A stretch of DNA of 53,560 nucleotides, the filler included, from Squatina squatina (Eukaryota): assembly GCA_031763465.1 (NCBI GenBank). It is 3 parts of 3 records of this genome, joined end to end, with 100 filler letters (N's around TTAATTAATTAA, not from the genome) between each part and the next. Parts side by side here need not be neighbours in the genome. Positions count along the whole stretch, not along the records: positions 39,708 to 53,560 come from JARFOE010794757.1; 2 more parts are not named here. One strand, 5' to 3'. The notes beneath the pieces were generated by a model. The model was not told where the DNA came from, did not search any database, and worked only from the letters and a program-made list of their open reading frames with translations. Within the stretch, counting starts at the first letter, position 1, and the number at the start of each line of letters is the position of its first letter. Position numbers and translations under genes: made by a program. Below are positions 49,233 through 53,560 of this stretch, one piece after another.

Positions 49233-51174
49233 CTACTGGAATCTAGCTTCAATTAAGTTGTTGCGCACATTGCTTGCTGCATTCCACCTGACAACGTTGA
49301 CACGACCTCCAGCCTCATTGATGTCAGCGTCCTCCTCATCACCCTCCTCATCATCGTCCTCCTGTTCACATTGGTTGTTCAGCCTCAGCGGGTGAACCTT
49401 CTTCTTCCAGTGGTTGAGTCGTAATGATGGCCACATTGTGAATAATGTATCACACAAAGACAAATAAGTACACCCAGTCAGGCGAGTACTGCAATAGTTC
49501 TCCGATCTGCCAAGGCAGCGGAATCGTTGCTTGAGCACACTGCTTCTCTGCAGTGTGGTTATCATTGTGGACATGCACGGCTGCAGAGTTGGGCTTCTGA
49601 GGTGTTTGCAGTAAATATGATTGCGAGTGGTAAATCCTGGGGCCGAAATTGCCTCCTGCTGTGTGGCAAAAGTGTACAGGTGGGAGCCGGGAATTGGCTT
49701 GCTGCACCCACCCCGGCCATCCCAAAATTCAACTCTTCTGGATGATCCCGGGCTGGCCGAGTTCGGAAGCCAGTGACGCCACTTCAGTTCCTTGCCGCCG
49801 GCCTCCAAATTACTGCGCCAGGGCACCAATGTCAGGAGGCGAGCCGGGCCTCCCATAAAGTGCAGGGCCGCCAGTCATCCTGAATGTGCTAACCCGGTGA
49901 CTGGGCCTGCAGCCTGGCTCCGCCAGTCAACGTGTCAGGCAAAGTGATGGTGGCCCGATTCTGCCGAGGGGCCACCATTTATCGGCAGACACCATCGCCT
50001 TTAAGGGGCCTGTTGCAGCGACATGTTTTCCTGTCGCTGCAATCGCCCCGCACTGCGTTCGTCTCCCGCAGGCGAATTTCCATGCAGGACACAAACGGAG
50101 CACCAAGAGCATTGCAGCTGCGTGCTGCGGGTTGGCATACATCTTGATGAAGTCACGCTCCGACATGCCGTGAAATTCAGCTGAGCAAAGGCCTGTCTGC
50201 CCCAGGTGAATTTCAGTGCAGGCGAGGTGACAGCTTGCGGATGCTATTTTTTAACCGTCCAATTAGCGCACCTCAGAGGCGCTAATGCAATGTTAAAAGA
50301 GGAAAATTTCAGCCTCGCTGTCACCAGGTAACCAACCACGTGGTGAATTTGCCCCCTGAAGCAGTGACGGGACAGCACTCTGGTGCAAGATGAGCCCCTC
50401 ATTGGCACTGCCTGGATACTGGACAATGTTCAGCACAACAGTTCGGTTGTGATCACACACCAACTGGGAATTGAGAGACAGTATGCCCTTATGTTTGTGG
50501 GAGTGCTCAGGACTGTTATGAGCTGCCCTTATCACGACGTGAGTGCAGTCAGTTGCTTCCTGCACCTGCGGGAATTCTGCGATTCTCACGGAATCAGTTG
50601 AGTGCTCCTGTTCTTCTCTCTAGCAATGGGGAATGATATGTAGAGCCTTCTCTTTCTGTACAGAGATTCTGTGACAACTCTGACTGGGCAATGAATAGAA
50701 AATTGTGAAATGTTGCCCAGAACTCCAGTGGCTCCCTGAGATAATCCATTTGCGTAGAAGTTGAGAGCGCGACTTTCACTACTAATGAGAGAGCTGTCCC
50801 CATCCATGTCTGAGGCTCCAGACTTTGATCGAGCAGATGGCACAGCTCTGTGATGATCTCCCTTGAGAAGTGAAGTTTTGTAACACCTGTTTCCTCAGTT
50901 ACGTTAATGTTGGTGAATTGTTTCAGGCGAGTCCTATGGAGGTACGACCTCCTCTCAATTTTAGGGTGACTCCACACTCGATGGTGGGGAACTGGTCGGT
51001 CTGGTTGTGGCTGTGGCTGCCTCCACCTTCCTCTGTGCGTTGGCCTCTTCCTGTGCCTCCCGCAGTGGTCTCTGCAGCTGTGGCTTCAGCAACTTGCAAT
51101 CCTGGGCCTGCATCACCTACCCGTCTCCTTTGTGCATTCGCTGATGCGGCCTTGTATGATGTCTTAGCCACCAC
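49233..51174 (-). pseudogene. HARBI1-like transposase pseudogene split by a nested element
   Basis: LHFSREIITELCHLL, LNFYANG, IAEFPQVQEATDCTHV, SLNSQLVCDH, YPGS, GWLPGDS, then after the insert VLKQRFRCL and an acidic tail ending VRNNLIEARFQ*. Confidence 0.88.
49639..50316. mobile_element. GC-rich non-autonomous Harbinger-type element nested in the transposase
   Basis: ggggccgaaattgcctc ... gaggaaaatttcagcctc; transposase homology stops and resumes at its ends. Confidence 0.75.
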
Positions 51175-51328
51175 CTTCTTCTTCTCAGACGGTATCTCCC
51201 AGAGCCCACGAATTCAAATCTAGCCGCCAACAGTGGCGCCACCTGGAAAGCAAAAAGCAGCCTCAGCGCCGTTGGAGCAACTCCAGCGGACGTGAATCAG
51301 GCGCTCAGGACCCATGAATTTCGAGACC

Positions 51329-51592
51329 TAGCTTCCTGGACAGAGGTGGGAGCAGTGCAATTTGGGCAGCCCTGGGAATCAAATTCCACGTATGAGGTTG
51401 GAGCAGAGCGAACTCGGCGATTATGGGAATAAAATTCCTGGCCTGGGGCTTGTTCAGTCTAATCTAGGTAGCCCTGGGAATTAAATTCCTGGCTTGGAGC
51501 TGGAACATTTTAATCTTGGCGAAGCTTGGAATTAAATTTGAGGATGGCGACGGGATCAGTTTCATCCAGGCATCCCTGGGAATTAAATTCAC
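51329..51592. repeat. ~51-bp diverged tandem repeat, right part
   Basis: About five further units of gc.gccctgggaattaaattcc. Confidence 0.8.
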
Positions 51593-53482
51593 AGAAACTT
51601 GGAAATCTAGAAACAAAGAAAATAGGAGCAGGACGAGGCCATTGGGCCCTTTGATCCTGCTTTGTCATTCAATATGATCATGTTTGGTCATCTAAATTCA
51701 GTACCCTGTTCGCACTTTCTCCCATATCCCTTTATCCTTGTAGCAATATGAACTATATCTAAGTCCCTGTTGAATACATTTAATGACTTGTCCTCCACTG
51801 CCTTCTGTGGTAGAGCATTCAACAGGTTCACCACCATAAGGGTGCAGAAATTTCTCCTCATCTCAGTCCTAAATGGCTTACCACGTATCCTTAGGCTGTG
51901 AGCCCTGGTTCTGGACTCACCCACCATCGGGAATATCTGTCCTGCACCAAGTCTGTCCAGCCTTGGCAGAATTTTATAAGTTTCTATGATATCACAATCT
52001 ATCGAATATAAGCCTAATCGACCCAATCTCTCGTCATACATCAGTGTTGCAAACCCTGGAATCATTCTGGTGAATCTTTGCTGCCATCACTCCATGGCAA
52101 GAACATCCTTCCTCAGGTAAGGATTATACTCAAGGGATGCACATTATACTCAAGGGATGGTCTCACCAAGGCCCTGTTAAATTGCAGCAAGACATCCCTG
52201 CTTCTGTATTGAAAACATCTCACAATGAAGGCCAACATACCTCTCACCTTCTTAACCGCTTGTTGCACCTGCATGTTTGATTTAAGCGACTGGTGTACCA
52301 GGATAGCGAGGTCACGTTGCACCTCTGCCTTCCCCTATGTATCACCATTCAGGTAATAATCTGCCTTCCTGTTGTGCCACCAAAGTGGATAGCTTCACAT
52401 TTATCTACGTTATACTGCACCTGCCATGCATTTGCCCACTCACTCAACCTATCCAAATCATCCTGGAGCCTCTCTGCATCCTCCTCACAGCTCACACTAC
52501 CACCCAGCTTTGTGTCGTCTGCAAACTTGGAAATATTACATTTAATTCATTTATCTAAACCATTGATATATATCGTCAAAAGCTGGGGTCCTAGTACAGC
52601 TCCCTGCGGTACACCACTAGTCACTGCCTGCTACTCTGAAAAAAATACTTATTTATTCCTGCTCTCTGTCTCCAGTCTGCCAACCAATCCATGCAAGTGC
52701 ATTACCGTGATCCCATGTGCTTTGACTTTGCACACTAACCTCTTATTTTGGACCATATGTAAAGCCTTATGAAAATCCAAATACACCACATCCACTGGTT
52801 CTCCCTTATCTACTCTACTAGTTACATCCTCTAAACATTCCAGTTGATTTGTTCAGCATTTTTTCCTTTTCATAAATCCATGCTGACTTTGCCCGATCCC
52901 ATCGATGCTTTCCAAGGGCTCTTTGATTATATCTTTTATAATGGATGCAAGCATGTTCCCCACTACTGCTCTCAGGCTCATTAATTCCCTGTTTTCCCTC
53001 TCCCTGCTTTTTAAAATAATGGTGTTACATTAGCCACCCCCCAATTGGTAGCAACTGTTCCCGAGTCCATAGTGTTTTGGAGAATGGCCAGCAATGCTTC
53101 CACTATTTCTGGGGCTGCTTCCATTAGTACTCTTGGATGTAGATTATCAGTTCCTGGGGATTAGTCACTAGTGCCCATCAATCTCCCCAGCACCATTCCC
53201 CTTCTAATACTGATTTCCTTCTGTTCCTCACTCTGACTGGACCCTGTGTTACCCAGCATTTCTGCGAGCTTATTTAGGTTCTCCTTTGTGGAGACAGAAC
53301 CAAAGTATGTATTTAATTGTTCTGCCACTTCTTTGTTCCACATTATAAATTCCCCTGTTTCTGACAGTAAGGGACCTACATTTGTCTTCACTAATCTGTT
53401 TCTCTTCAGATATTTATAGAAGCATTTGCAGTCAGTTTTTATGTTCGCTACAAGCTTACTCTCATACTCTATTTTCCCCTTT
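51593..53482 (-). mobile_element. CR1 LINE ORF2 and 3' end
   Basis: KIEYESKLVANIKTDCKCFYKY, QRDLAILVHQSLK..QVQQAVKK..GMLAFI, MIPG..YDERLGRLGLYS..FRTEMRRNF. Confidence 0.92.
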
Positions 53483-53560
53483 AAGAAACATAGAAACATA
53501 GAAAATAGGTGCAGGAGTAGGCCATTAGGCCCTTCGAGCCTGCACCGCCATTCAATATGA
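53483..53560 (-). mobile_element. 3' end of a second CR1-type element
   Basis: (agaaacat)n tail followed by aggtgcaggagtaggccatt.ggcccttcgagcctgc. Confidence 0.85.

Larger units (their letters stand above)
46729..51328. mobile_element. Full-length but degenerate PIF/Harbinger transposon (Myb/SANT gene + and transposase -, convergent)
   Basis: tag|gagctcaaaattcatg ... catgaatttcgagacc|tag (TIR 13/16, 3-bp TSD); the same tandem repeat resumes on both sides. Confidence 0.85.

Noticed and set aside
46280-51592. CRISPR-like array
   Set aside because: Eukaryotic context, homologous rather than unique spacers, no cas genes; it is a diverged tandem repeat.
52123-52159. 17-bp direct repeat attatactcaagggatg
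   Set aside because: Small local duplication within a dead CR1 copy.

Overview
Eukaryotic, repeat-rich genomic DNA from a fragmented draft assembly. The repeat families (CR1, L2, RTE, Penelope-like, Deu-type SINE, Harbinger) suggest a cartilaginous fish; this is an inference. Two artificial N44-TTAATTAATTAA-N44 linkers split the window into three possibly unlinked segments. Segment A (1-18611) holds one glutamate decarboxylase exon with the PLP-binding NPHK motif (GAD1-like) among repeats. Segment B (18712-39607) holds decayed pogo (POGK-like) transposase copies and at least three tandem exons resembling the CD46 CCP4 sushi module, with a probable terminal exon and 3' UTR. On its minus strand are a mir-29b hairpin and an upstream CpG/CRE-rich promoter, matching the CD46 - MIR29B2/C arrangement known from human; no mir-29c partner is visible. 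Segment C (39708-53560) holds the first coding exon of a GPR139/142-like GPCR whose splice-donor region is triplicated, and a 4.6 kb degenerate two-gene Harbinger transposon with a nested element, inserted in a ~51-bp tandem repeat. Most ORFs in the supplied track are spurious or transposon-derived. All calls are by eye; no database search was run.
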